Assembly (NCBI GenBank): GCA_951406725.2
Contig: OX597841.1
Coordinates: 23,684,001 to 23,748,000 of the forward strand
Origin: Octopus vulgaris
Taxonomy: Eukaryota
Length of the DNA: 64,000 nt
Direction: 5' to 3'
The position numbers were made by a program, and so were the translations under genes. The notes beneath the pieces were generated by a model. That model saw only the letters and a program-made list of their open reading frames with translations, was not told the DNA's origin and did not search any database. Below, one piece after another: positions 12,296-25,592 of the stretch (the first letter of the stretch is position 1; every line of letters begins with the position of its first letter).

Positions 12296-12603
12296 GTACA
12301 TTGGCGTTAGGAAGGGCATCCAGCTGTAGAAACATTGCCAGATCAGACTGGGCCTGGTGCAGCCTTCTGGCTTCCCAGACCCCAATTGCACCGTCCAACC
12401 CATGCCAGCATGGAAAGCGGACGCTAAACGATGATGATGATGATGATGATACATATATATATATATCTGTGTGTGCATGTGTCTTTGTGTTTGTCACTTC
12501 CACTTGATAACCAGTGCTGGTTTGTTTACATTCCCATAACTTAGCTGTTTGGCAAAAAGAGACCGATAGGATAAGTACCCCATTCAAAAAAAATATATAT
12601 ATA

Positions 12604-12988
12604 AGCGCAGGAGTGGCTGTGTGGTAAGTAGCTTGTTTACCAGCCACATGGTTTCGGGTTCAGTCCCACTGCGTGGCACCTTGGGCAAGTGTCTTCTACT
12701 ATAGCCTCGGGCCAACCAATGCCTTGTGAGTGGATTTGGTAGACGGAAACTGAAAGAAGCCCATCGTATATATGTATGTGTGTGTGTGTCTATGTTTGTC
12801 CCCCTAGCATTGCTTGACAACCGATGCTGCTGTGTTTACGTCCCCGTCACTTAGCGGTTCGGCAAAAAAGAGACCGATAGAATAAGTACTGGGCTTACAA
12901 AAAGAATAAGTCCCGGGGTCGATTTGCTCGACTAAAGGTGGTGCTCCAGCATGGCCGCAGTCAAATGACTGAAACAAGTAAAAGAGTA
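12604..12988 (+). mobile_element. tRNA-derived SINE (family B), full length
   Basis: Head GCGCAGGAGTGGCTGTGTGGTAAG...GGGTTCAGTCCC, central (TA/TG)n and tail CAGTCAAATGACTGAAACAAGTAAAAGAG. Confidence 0.9.
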
Positions 12989-13159
12989 ATATACTGATGT
13001 CAATTCATTTGAATAAAAAACATTTGAGGGATGGCCACAGTCCAGTGACTTAAACTAGTAAAAGCTAAAAGGTAATTGCTGAGGTACGAAGTGTAGACTG
13101 AATTATGTCAAATGTCAGAGAAAGAAATGTAGCTGTTTCCTGCAATAAACACATTGAAA

Positions 13160-16100
13160 ACAAAATCTTTTCATTGACCCTTAACATAGCTACTGTGGGT
13201 CCCCAATTTACTATTTCACTTGTGTGGACCCTTAAAAATCTTATATGGACCCCCAGGTGTCATATGGACCCTGGTTGAGAAGCACTGAGTTAGACCCTTC
13301 AAGGTGGTACCTCAGCATAGCCACAACCCAGTAACTGATTTTGCAATAAATACATCAAAACCAACCCTTTTCATTGACACTTAACATAGCTACTGTGGGT
13401 CCCCAATTTACTATTTCACTTGTGTAGACCCTTAAAAATCTTATATGGACCCCCAGGTGTCATATGGACCCTGGTTGAGAAGCACTGAGTTAAACCCTTC
13501 AAGGTGGTGCCTCAGCATAGCCACAATCCAGTAACTGATTTTGCAATAAATACATCTAAACCAACCCTTTTCATTGACACTTAATATAGCTACTGTGGGT
13601 CCCCAATTTACTATTTCACTTGTGTGGACCCTTCAAGGTGGTGCCTCTGCATAGCCACAATCCAGTAACTGATTTTGCAATAAATACATCAAAACCAACC
13701 CTTTTCATTGACACTTAACATAGCTACTGTGTGTCCCCAATTTACTATTTCACTTGTGTAGACCCTTAAAAATATTATATGGACCCCCAGGTGTCATTGG
13801 ACCCTGGTTGAGAAGCACTGAGTTAAACCCTTCAAGGTGGTGCCTCAGCATAGCCACAATCCAGTAATTGATTTTGCAATAAATACATCTAAAACAAAAT
13901 CTTTTCATTGACCCTTAATATAACTACTGTGGCTCCCCAATTTACTGTTTCACTTGTGTGGACCCTTAAAAATCTTATATGGACCCCCAGGTTGAGAAGC
14001 ACTGAGTTAAACCCTTCAAGGTGGTGCCTCTGCATAGCCACAATCCAGTAACTGATTTTGCAATAAATACATCTAAACCAACCCTTTTCATTGACTACTT
14101 AACATAGCTACTGTGGCTCCCCAATTTACTATTTCACTTGTGTGGACCCTTAAAAATCTTATATGGACCCCCAGGTTGAGAAGCACTGAGTTAAACCCTT
14201 CAAGGTGGTGCCTCAGCATAGCCACAATCCAGTAACTGATTTTGCAATAAATACATCTAAACCAACCCTTTTCATTGACACTTAACATAGCTACTGTGGG
14301 TCCCCAATTTACTATTTCACTTGTGTGGACCCTTAAAAATCTTATATGGACCCCCAGGTTGAGAAGCACTGAGTTAAACCCTTCAAGGTGGTGCCTCAGC
14401 ATAGCCACAATCCAGTAACTGATTTTGCAATAAATACATCTGAACCAACCCTTTTCATTGATACTTAACATAGCTACTGTGGGTCCCCAATTTACTATTT
14501 CACTTGTGTGGACCCTTCAAGGTAGTCCCTTGCATAGCCACAATCCAGTAACTGATTTTGTAATAAATACATCTGAACCAACCCTTTTCATTGATACTTA
14601 ACATAGCTACTGTGGGTCCCCAATTTACTATTTCACTTGTGTGGACCCTTAAAAATCTTATATGGACCCCAGGTTGAGAAGCACTGAGTTAAACCCTTCA
14701 AGGTGGTGCCTCAGCATAGCCACAATCCAGTAACTGATTTTGCAATAAATACATCTAAACCAACCCTTTTCATTGACACTTAACATAGCTACTGTGGGTC
14801 CCCAATTTACTATTTCACTTGTGTGGACCCTTAAAAATCTTATATGGACCCCCAGGTTGAGAAGCACTGAGTTAAACCCTTCAAGGTGGTGCCTCAGCAT
14901 AGCCACAATCCAGTAACTGATTTTGTAATAAATACATCTAAACCAACCCTTTTCATTGATACTTAACATAGCTACTGTGGGTCCCCAATTTACTATTTCA
15001 CTTGTGTGGACCCTTCAAGGTAGTCCCTTGCATAGCCACAATCCAGTAACTGATTTTGTAATAAATACATCTGAACCAACCCTTTTCATTGATACTTAAC
15101 ATAGCTACTGTGGGTCCCCAATTTACTATTTCACTTGTGTGGACCCTTCAAGGTAGTCCCTTGCATAGCCACAATCCAGTAACTGATTTTGTAATAAATA
15201 CATCTAAACCAACCCTTTTCATTGATACTTAACATAGCTACTGTGGGTCCCCAATTTACTATTTCACTTGTGTGGACCCTTCAAGGTAGTCCCTTGCATA
15301 GCCACAATCCAGTAACTGATTTTGTAATAAATACATCTAAACCAACCCTTTTCATTGATACTTAACATAGCTACTGTGGGTCCCCAATTTACTATTTCAC
15401 TTGTGTGGACCCTTCAAGGTAGTCCCTTGCATAGCCACAATCCAGTAACTGATTTTGTAATAAATACATCTAAACCAACCCTTTTCATTGATACTTAACA
15501 TAGCTACTGTGGGTCCCCAATTTACTATTTCACTTGTGTGGACCCTTCAAGGTAGTCCCTTGCATAGCCACAATCCAGTAACTGATTTTGTAATAAATAC
15601 ATCTAAACCAACCCTTTTCATTGATACTTAACATAGCTACTGTGGGTCCCCAATTTACTATTTCTCTTGTGTGGACCCTTCAAGGTGGTGCCTCTGCATA
15701 GCTACAATCCAGTAACTGATTTTGCAATAAATACATCTAAACCAACCCTTTTCATTGACACTTAACATAGGTACTGTGAGTCCCTAATTTACTATTTCAC
15801 TTGTGTGGACCCTATGGGCCCTGGTTGAGAAGCACTGAGTTAAACCCTTCAAGGTGGTGCCTCAGCATGAACACAATCCAGTAACTGAAACAATAAATAC
15901 ATCTAAACCAACCCTTTTCATTGACACTTAACATAGCTACTGTGGGTCCCCAATTTACTATTTCTCTTGTGTGGACCCTTCAAGGTGGTGCCTCTGCATA
16001 GCTACAATCCAGTAACTGATTTTGCAATAAATACATCTAAACCAACCCTTTTCATTGACACTTAACATAGCTACTGTGGGTCCCCAATTTACTATTTCTC

Positions 16101-18850
16101 TTGTGTGGACCCTTCAAGGTGGTGCCTCTGCATAGCTACAATCCAGTAACTGATTTTGCAATAAATACATCTAAACCAACCCTTTTCATTGACACTTAAC
16201 ATAGCTACTGTGGGTCCCCAATTTACTATTTCTCTTGTGTGGACCCTTCAAGGTGGTGCCTCTGCATAGCTACAATCCAGTAACTGATTTTGCAATAAAT
16301 ACATCTAAACCAACCCTTTTCATTGACACTTAACATAGCTACTGTGGGTCCCCAATTTACTATTTCACTTGTGTGGACCCTTCAAGGTGGTGCCTCTGCA
16401 TAGCCACAATCCAGTAACTGATTTTGCAATAAATACATCTAAACCAACCCTTTTCATTGACACTTAACATAGCTACTGTGGGTCCCCAATTTACTATTTC
16501 TCTTGTGTGGACCCTTCAAGGTGGTGCCTCTGCATAGCTACAATCCAGTAACTGATTTTGCAATAAATACATCTAAACCAACCCTTTTCATTGACACTTA
16601 ACATAGCTACTGTGGGTCCCCAATTTACTATTTCTCTGTGTGGACCCTTCAAGGTGGTGCCTCTGCATAGCTACAATCCAGTAACTGATTTTGCAATAAA
16701 TACATCTAAACCAACCCTTTTCATTGACACTTAACATAGCTACTGTGGGTCCCCAATTTACTATTTCTCTTGTGTGGACCCTTCAAGGTGGTGCCTCTGC
16801 ATAGCTACAATCCAGTAACTGATTTTGCAATAAATACATCTAAACCAACCCTTTTCATTGACACTTAACATAGCTACTGTGGGTCCCCAATTTACTATTT
16901 CTCTTGTGTGGACCCTTCAAGGTGGTGCCTCTGCATAGCTACAATCCAGTAACTGATTTTGCAATAAATACATCTAAACCAACCCTTTTCATTGACACTT
17001 AACATAGCTACTGTGGGTCCCCAATTTACTATTTCACTTGTGTGGACCCTTCAAGGTGGTGCCTCTGCATAGCCACAATCCAGTAACTGATTTTGCAATA
17101 AATACATCTAAACCAACCCTTTTCATTGACACTTAACATAGCTACTGTGGGTCCCCAATTTACTATTTCACTTGTGTGGACCCTTCAAGGTGGTGCCTCT
17201 GCATAGCCACAATCCAGAACTGATTTTCAATAAATACATCTAAACCAACCCTTTTCATTGACACTTAACATAGCTACTGTGGGTCCCCAATTTACTAACT
17301 TGTGTAATCTTCAAGGTGGTGCCTCAGCATAGCCACAATCCAGTAACTGATTTGCAATTAATACATCTAAACCAACCCTTTTCATTGACACTTAACATAG
17401 CTACTGTGGGTCCCCAATTTACTATTTCACTTGTGTGGAACCCTTCAAGGTGGTGCCTCAGCATAGCCACAATCCAGTAACTGATTTTGCAATTAATACA
17501 TCTAAACCAACCCTTTTCATTGACACTTAACATAGCTACTGTGGGTCCCCAATTTACTATTTCACTTGTGTGGACCCTTCAAGGTGGTGCCTCTGCATAG
17601 CCACAATCCAGTAACTGATTTTGCAATAAATACATCTAAACCAACCCTTTTCATTGACACTTAACATAGCTACTGTGGGTCCCCAATTTACTATTTCACT
17701 TGTGTGGACCCTTCAAGGTGGTGCCTCTGCATAGCCACAATCCAGTAACTGATTTTGCAATAAATACATCTAAACCAACCCTTTTCATTGACACTTAACA
17801 TAGCTACTGTGGGTCCCCAATTTACTATTTCACTTGTGTGGACCCTTCAAGGTGGTGCCCTCTGCATAGCTACAATCCAGTAACTGATTTTGCAATAAAT
17901 ACATCTAAACCAACCCTTTTCATTGACACTTAACATAGCTACTGTGGGTCCCCAATTTACTATTTCACTTGTGTGGACCCTTCAAGGTGGTGCCTCTGCA
18001 TAGCCTCTGCATAGCTACAATGCCCCAGCCAGTAATGCCTCTGCATAGCTACAATCCAGTTGATTTTACAATAAATTGATTTGTTCAACTAAAACCCTTC
18101 AAGGTGGTGCCCCAGCATGGCCACAGTCCAATGACTGAAACAAGTAAAAGATAAACCCCCAGGTGTCATATACTGGATTGATTTGTTCAACTAAAACCCT
18201 TCAAGGTGGTGCCCCAGCATGGCCACAGTCCAATGACTGAAACAAGTACAAAGATAAAAGATATACTGTGGGATTGATTTGTTCAACTTGTGTAAAACCC
18301 TTCAAGGTGGTGCCCCAGCATAGCCACAGTCCAATGACTGAAACAAGTAAAAGATAAAATATTCTGGGATTGATTTGTTCAACTAAAACCCTTCAAGGTG
18401 GTGCCCCAGCATGGCCACAGTCCAATGACTGAAACAAGTAAAAGATAAAAGATATACTGGGATTGATTTGTTCAACTAAAACCCTTCAAGGTGGTTACTA
18501 TTTCACTTGTGTGGACCCTTCAAGGTGGTGCCTCTGCATAGTACACAATCCAGTAACTGATTTTGCAATAAATACATCTAAACCAACCCTTTTCATTGAC
18601 ACTTAACATAGCTACTGTGGGTCCCCAATTTACTATTTCACTTGTGTGGACCCTTCAAGGTGGTGCCTCTGCATAGCCACAATCCAGTAACTGATTTTGC
18701 AATAAATACATCTAAACCAACCCTTTTCTATTTGACACTTCAACTCTAGCTACTGTGGGTCCCCAATTTACTATTTCACTTGTGTGGACCCTTCAAGGTG
18801 GTGCCTCTGCATAGCCACAATCCAGTAACTGATTTTGCAATAAATACATC
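13160..18850. repeat. Satellite array with 134-bp and 180-bp variant units
   Basis: CTACTGTGGGTCCCCAATTTACTATTTC has period 134 (16071, 16205) or 180 (14111, 14291). The unit contains the SINE-tail motif CCCTTCAAGGTGGTGCC. Confidence 0.95.
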
Positions 18851-21140
18851 TAAAGATATACTGGGATTGATTTGTTCAACTAAAACCCTTCAAGGTGGTG
18901 CCCCAGCATGGCCACAGTCCAATGACTGAAACAAGTAAAAGATAAAAGATATACTGGGATTGATTTGTTCAACTAAAACCCTTCAAGGTGGTGCCTCTGC
19001 ATAGCTACAGTCCAATGACTGAAACAAGTAAAAGATAAAAGATATACTGGGATTGATTTGTTCAACTAAAACCCTTCAAGGTGGTGCCCCAGCATGGCCA
19101 CAGTCCAATGACTGAAACAAGTAAAAGATAAAAGATATACTGGGATTGATTTGTTCAACTAAAACCCTTCAAGGTGGTGCCCCAGCATGGCCACAGTCCA
19201 ATGATTTTGAAACAAGTAAAAGATAAAAGATATACTGGGATTGATTTGTTCAACTTAAAACCCTTCAAGGTGGTGCCCCAGCATTTACAGTCACAATGAC
19301 TGAAACAAGTAAAAGATAAAAGCCATATACTGGGATTGATTTGTTCAAGCTAAAACCGGTTTCAAGGTGATCACCGCAGTGAAGCATGGCCTAGTCAGTC
19401 CAATGACTGAAACAAGTAAAAGATAAAAGATATACTGGGATTGATTTGTTCACATGGCCTTCAAGGTGGTTGAGCATGGACTCGCAGTCCAATGACTGAA
19501 ACAAGTAAAAGATAAAAGATATACTGGGATTGATTTGTTCAACTAAAACCCTTCAAGGTGGTTCCAGCAGAAGGTCCAATGACCAAGTAACTTCTGTTGA
19601 TTTGTTCAACTAAAACTTTCCCTTCAAGGTTTTTGCCTCCTGCATCTTGCAGTCCAATGACTGAAACAAGTAAAAGATAAAAGATATACTGGGGATTTGA
19701 ACCCCTTATGAGCCAGGCATGGCTCGAGAAGGAACAAATTTCATTTGTGTAGACCAGTGGTTTTCAACCAGTGTTCCTCGGAACCTTAGGGTTCCGCCAG
19801 TACAGTCCAGGGGTTCCGCAAGAAGTTGCAAAACTGCTAAAATCGGCAGTAATTTTTAATTCTCCTGTGCAGATATGTGTGCATAAGACAATTAAATTAT
19901 TGCACAGGGGTTCCTCGAGCCAGTGGAATGTTTCCTTGGGGTTCCGCTCCAGCAAAAAGTTTGAAAAACACTGGTGTAGACCCTTAAAAATATACTGGGA
20001 TTGATTTGGTTCACCACTGAGTAAACCCTTCAAGGTGGTGCCCCAGCATGGCCACAGTCCAATGACTGAAATAAAGTAAAAGATAAAAGATATACTGGGA
20101 TTGATTTGTTCAACTAAAACCCTTCAAGGTGGTGCCCCAGCATGGCCACAGTCCAATGACTGAAACAAGTAAAAGATTTGTAGCCAGATGGTTTGGGAAT
20201 ACAGCTGTTGCCATACTATAGACTGGAAGGTGGTGCCCCAGATCCTGTTTAGTCCCAATGACTGAAACAAGTAGATAAAAGATAATACCAACTGGGCCTC
20301 CTTGTTAGTCGCTGTTTAACTATCTGCTCTGATTGATAAGTCAATCAATCAGTAATGAAGGATAAAAGATATACTGGGATTGATTTGTTCAACTAAAACC
20401 CTTCAAGGTGTGCCCCAGCATGGCCACAGTCCAATGACTGAAACAAGTAAAAGATAAAGATATACTGGATTGATTTGTTCAACTAAAACCCTTCAAGGTG
20501 GTTCGGCAAAAGCATGGCCGATAGAATGACTGAAACAAGTAAAAGATAAAAGATATACTGGGATTGATTTGTTCAACTAAAACCCTTCAAGGTGGTGCCC
20601 CAGCATGGCCACAGTCCAATGACTGAAACAAGTAAAAGATAAAAGATATACTGGGATTTGTATTCAACTAAAACCCTTCAAGGTGGTGCCACCAGCAGTG
20701 TTTGTCCACAGTCCAATGACTGAAACAAGTAAAAGATAAAAGATATACTGGGATTGATTTGTTCAACTAAAACCCTTCACTTAGGTGGTGCCCCAGCAAA
20801 AGGAGACTGAAACAAGTAAAAGATAAAAGATATACTGGGATTGATTTGTTCAACTAAAACCCTTCAAGGTGGTGCCCCAGCATGGCCACAGTCAAATGAC
20901 TGAAACAAGTAAAAGATAAAAGACCATCTGTGTAAACACATTTAAAAAAAGAAAAAAACTTTTACAGTCTGTCGGCCCATTTGATGCTCTACCAGTCAAT
21001 GGTTACTGCTGTAATGAGCTGAGGGTTTTGTTTTTATTAGACAGATGGTTGCAAATTGAGATATACTGGGAAGGATTTGTTCAACATAAACCCTTCAAGG
21101 TGGTGCCCCAGACATGGCCACAGTCCAATGACTGAAAAAA
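18060..21140. repeat. 93-bp satellite derived from a SINE 3' end, interleaved with the previous array
   Basis: CTGGGATTGATTTGTTCAACTAAAACCCTTCAAGGTGGTGCCCCAGCATGGCCACAGTCCAATGACTGAAACAAGTAAAAGATAAAAGATATA; period 93 (18861, 18954). Confidence 0.9.
19755..19973. mobile_element. hAT (Charlie-like) MITE with 8-bp TSD
   Basis: TIRs CAGTGGTTTTCAA / TTGAAAAACACTG and a perfect target duplication GTGTAGAC at 19747-19754 and 19974-19981. Confidence 0.9.
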
Positions 21141-21227
21141 TTAGCTTCAGAACTATGAGGTGCATTCCAGAAGTTTTCAGACTTGTGAGTGGATTTGGTA
21201 GACGGAAACTGAAAGAAGCCCGTCGTA

Positions 21228-21279
<52 letters not shown>

Positions 21280-21281
<2 letters not shown>

Positions 21282-21590
21282 CTTTATTCAAAGCAGCAGA
21301 AAATTCAACAAAACCTGTTACTCTGAGTTTCCCATTGCCGTTCGTCGGCAAAACCTGTTACTCTGGGTTTCCCATTGCCGTTCATCGGCAAAACCTGTTA
21401 CTCTGAGTTTCCCGTTGCCGTTCGTCGGACAGTTTTTGCTAGCAAAAACTGTCCGACGAACTGGCCAACTTTCAAATGGCTTTGGGTTTTGTTGAATTTT
21501 CTGCTGCTTTGAATAAAGCACATTACTCTACCACTGGTATTTGAGTACTCTTTTTTCCACCTTGTTTCACATTTATGTGTTTACTCCGGT
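21280..21590. mobile_element. Penelope-like palindromic terminal fragment with three tandem hammerhead-like units on the minus strand
   Basis: Inverted arms CTTTATTCAAAGCAGCAGAAAATTCAACAAAA / TTTTGTTGAATTTTCTGCTGCTTTGAATAAAG, a 40-bp unit x 3 at 21310-21430, and a homologue at 44770-44916. Confidence 0.6.
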
Positions 21591-22489
21591 ATATATATAT
21601 ATATATATATATATAAATATATAAATATATATATATATGTATGTGCGTGTTTGTCCCCCCACCATCGCTTGACAACCGATGCTGGTGTGTTTACGTCCCC
21701 ATAACTTAGGGGTTCGGCAAAAGAGACCAATAGAATAAGTACTGGGCTTCCAAAGAATAAGTCCTGGGGTCGATTTGCTTGACTAAAGGCGGTGCTCCAG
21801 CATGGCCGCAGTCAAATGACTGAAACAAGTAAAAGAGTAAAAGAGTGGAGAAAATAAATAAATCTATTTTTTGGGATTGATATTTAATGCCATTACAGAA
21901 ATAACAGCGCTTGAAATGAGTAAAAGATAAGGAGTATAATTATGTCTGGGTTGAGAGTTGGTCCTGGATCAGCCATTGCTTGAAACCAGTAGTGTACTCG
22001 TGTACTCATGAGTACATGTGTGTATATGTCTTAACTTCCAGCTATTGTTGTCTGTGGAGGTGGGCTTGGTGTTGAAAGGATTGCCAAGAATCTGGTACAT
22101 CTTTCACCATCAGTCAGGCAGCTTAGCTTGCTAGTGGCTTGTTTGCTAATTGATATTCAGCAAGGTAGCTCTGGGGTTGGCTGGGTAGGTGATGTACACT
22201 TTCGAACAGACAATGAGCTTATTGTGATACTGAGCAGGGTAGTATTGGGCTAGGAGCTAGCAGAAACGTTAGCACGCTGGGCGAAATTAGCTGTATTTCA
22301 TCTGCCGTTACGTTCTGAGTTCAAATTCCGCCGAGGTCGACTTAGCCTTTCATCCTTTCAGGGTCAATAAATTAAGTACCAGTTATGCACTGGGGTCGAT
22401 ATAATCGACTTAATCTGTTTGTCTGTCCTTGTTTGTCCCCTCTGTGTTTAGCCCCTTGTGGGTAGTAAAGAAATAGGCATATATATATG

Positions 22490-22828
22490 TGAAGGTACAT
22501 GGCTCAGTGGTTAGAGCGTTGTGCTTACAATCGTGAGTTTGCGAGTTCGAATCCCTGATCGGGCTGCATGTTGTGTTCTTGAGCAAGACACTTTAATTCA
22601 CGTTGCTCCAGTTTACTCAGATGTAGAAGTGAGTTGCGACGACACAGGTGTCAAGCTGTATCGGCCCCTTTGCCTTTCCTTTGGATAACACTGGGGCCAT
22701 GGAGAGGGCAGGCTGGTATGTATGGGCGACTGCTGGTCTTCCATAAACAACCTTGCCCGGACTTGTGCCTGGGAGGGTAACTTTCTAGGTGCAATCCCAT
22801 GGTCAGTCATGACCGAAGGGGGTCTCAG
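22490..22828 (+). mobile_element. tRNA-derived SINE (family D-related)
   Basis: TGGCTCAGTGGTTAGAGCG A-box, GAGTTCGAATCCC B-box and a TTGAGCAAGACACTT domain. Confidence 0.85.
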
Positions 22829-23242
22829 TATATATATACAGGGTGCTTAAGGTATTTGAGGACAGTTATATATGTACACAAAAATGACTCTTAGAAACAC
22901 TCGAGCGTGGCAGTTACTAGCGTCGCCTGATTGGCGTCCGTGTCGGTGACACGTAAAAGCACCAACAGATCGTGGCCGTTTGTCAGCCTCCCCTGGCACA
23001 TGTGCCGGTGGCACGTAAAAAGCACCCACTACACCCTTGGAGTGGTTGGCGTTAGGAAGGGCATCCAGCTGTAGAAACATTGCCAGATAAGACTGGAGCC
23101 TGGTGCAGCCTCCATGGCTTACCAGACCCCGGTTGAACCGTCCAACACATGCTAGCATGGAAAGCGGATATTAAACGATGATGATGATGATGATGAAACA
23201 GACAATAATACCTTCTTACTGAAAAAAGTTTTGATTATCAAT

Positions 23243-23625
23243 AGGCGCAGGAGTGGGTGTGTGGTAAGTAGCTTGCTAACCAACCACATGGTTCCGGGTT
23301 CAGTCCCACTGCGTGGCATCTTGGGCAAGTGTCTTCTGCTATAGCCCCGGGCCGACCAATGCCTTGTGAGTGGATTTGGTAGACGGAAACTGAAAGAAGC
23401 CTGTCGTATATATGTATATATATGTTTGTGTGTCTGTGATTGTCCCCCTAGCATTGCTTGACAACCGATGCTGGTGTGTTTACGTCCCCGTTACTTAGCG
23501 GTTCGGCAAAAGAGACCGATAGAATAAGTACTGGGCTTACAAAAGAATAAGTCCCAGGGTCGATTTGCTCGACTAAAGGCGGTGCTCCAGCATGGCCCCA
23601 GTCAAATGACTGAAACAAGTAAAAA
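23243..23625 (+). mobile_element. Family-B SINE, full length
   Basis: Same head and tail as 12604-12988. Confidence 0.9.
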
Positions 23626-23784
23626 AAAACAAGCTTCAATAACGGCTTTTATGCGATGTCTGAATCCCCTGCATGCTAGGATCAAGGGATCTGTGTTCAT
23701 ATTGGACCTTACTCTGACTATGGAGGCTTTTAGGGATCCTTTGGTGTTTTGAGGGTGCTCATTAATCTCTTTCTCAACTACACG

Positions 23785-24567
23785 CCCTACATGGACAACG
23801 AAAAACCTCGCTGATGACAGTCAAGGCTGATCTGGAACCCAACCTAGGCCCCTACATGGACAACGAAAAACCTGGCTGATGATAGTCAAGGCTGATCTGG
23901 AACCCAACCTAGGCCCCTACATGGACAACGAAAAACCTGGCTGATGATAGTCAAGGCTGATCTGGAACCCAACCTAGGCCCCTACATGGACAACGAAAAA
24001 CCTGGCTGATGATAGTCAAGGCTGATCTGGAACCCAACCTAGGCCCCTACATGGACAACAAAAAACCTGGCTGATGACAGTCAAGGCTGATCTGGAACCC
24101 AACCTAGGCCCCTACATGGACAACGAAAAACCTGGCTGATGATAGTCAAGGCTGATCTGGAACCCAACCTAGGCCCCTACATGGACAACGAAAAACCTCG
24201 CTGATGACAGTCAAGGCTGATCTGGAACCCAACCTAGGCCCCTACATGGACAACGAAAAACCTGGCTGATGATAGTCAAGGCTGATCTGGAACCCAACCT
24301 AGGCCCCTACATGGACAACGAAAAACCTCGCTGATGACAGTCAAGGCTGATCTGGAACCCAACCTAGGCCCCTACATGGACAACGAAAAACCTGGCTGAT
24401 GATAGTCAAGGCTGATCTGGAACCCAACCTAGGCCCCTACATGGACAACGAAAAACCTGGCTGATGACAGTCAAGGCTGATCTGGAACCCAACCTAGGCC
24501 CCTACATGGACAACGAAAAACCTGGCTGATGATAGTCAAGGCTGATCTGGAACCCAACCTAGGCCCC
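23785..24567 (+). repeat. 65-bp minisatellite x 12 at the 5' junction of the LINE insertion
   Basis: CCCTACATGGACAACGAAAAACCTGGCTGATGATAGTCAAGGCTGATCTGGAACCCAACCTAGGC; period 65 (23850, 23915). Confidence 0.95.
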
Positions 24568-24733
24568 CATATCTACGGCGTTCGCCGCTGGAATAAGGAG
24601 TCGTTGGAAATCACGTGGTCGTTAGCCTAAAATCGCCAGGCCTGGTCGGCGTTTGTGAGAGATGCAGCATTGAGGATGGATGAAGCCAGCTCAACCCACC
24701 CCGGGTGAATGTTGTAAGAAGAAGAAGAAGAAG
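23793..24733 (+). mobile_element. RTE-type LINE 3' fragment with (AAG)n tail and 13-bp TSD
   Basis: GQRKTWLMIVKADLEPNLGPHIYGVRRWNKE...NRQAWSAFVRDA, a tail of AAGAAGAAG, and TSD ACACGCCCTACAT at 23780-23792 and 24734-24746. Confidence 0.85.
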
Positions 24734-25592
24734 ACACGCCCTACATAGTAGTCCAGTGGGTTGAGATCTGGGGAGCTAGGAGGCCAAATGTTGGGGGTTA
24801 TGTGGTCATGAAAGTTTTCCTGTAGTCTTGTGTGATGGTGCTGAGTTTTGTTGAAAAACATAAGGTCTTCCGTTGCATACATTGTCGATCCATGGCTTAA
24901 CCACTGTATTCAGAACATCTATGTGGGCAGCAGAGTTTGCTTGGAAGACCTTGTGAAAAGAAGTGAAGAGGCATCACATGTCCTTCATTATTGACAGCCC
25001 CTACAAAACCATGACAGTTTTTTTTTCTTAATTGTTATCCTTAAATTAATTTAACAATTAAGAAAAAAAAAACCGAAAGGCTAAAACTCAAAACAAAAAC
25101 AAAACGAATAATTTTAGACACACACGTAACAATTAAATTAATTTAACAATTAAGAAAAAAAAAAAACGAAAGGCTAAAATTTAGGGTGAGGGTTAGGATT
25201 AGTGACAGGATGTCTCAGTTTTAGACGCAGCAAATGATTTTAGCTAAATAGATGCAATCGATTGGTTAAAATTCGAAAAATTAAACTACGTTAAACTTAC
25301 AAATCACCATTTTCTCGAGAAAGCCAAGAGAAAAAAATGTTTTATTTTGACACATTCTACCAGTATACGAAGTTTAAAAGTGTTTAGTTAACTAGAAATT
25401 GTGTTGAAAACTGCCGTTCAAAAGGAGACAATTTCATACGACACCGCTACGGAAAATGGGATTTTTCTCACGGTATCAAATGAAAATGTCACCCATAATT
25501 ATGGCCCTAGTATCGATCTATTGCATTTCAATCTATTTTAGATTTAGGGTTAGGGGAAGGGTATCTTTTTTTCTTCACAAATGTAAATAAAT

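Larger units (their letters stand above)
23630..25015 (-). mobile_element. Decayed Tc1/mariner-superfamily transposase, split by a LINE insertion
   Basis: Minus strand reads GAVNNEGHVMPLHFF...IDVLNTVVKPWIDNVCNGRPYVFQQNSAP...WPPSSPDLNPLDYYVGRV | VEKEINEHPQNTKGSLKASI...ACRGFRHRIKAVIEA. Confidence 0.88.

Noticed and set aside
4441-24567. Regular arrays (47, 65, 93 and 134 bp) as CRISPR-like loci
   Set aside because: Head-to-tail repeats without unique spacers, no cas genes, eukaryotic context.
25180-25560. TTAGGG motifs as interstitial telomere
   Set aside because: Only one or two isolated units within a dispersed repeat.
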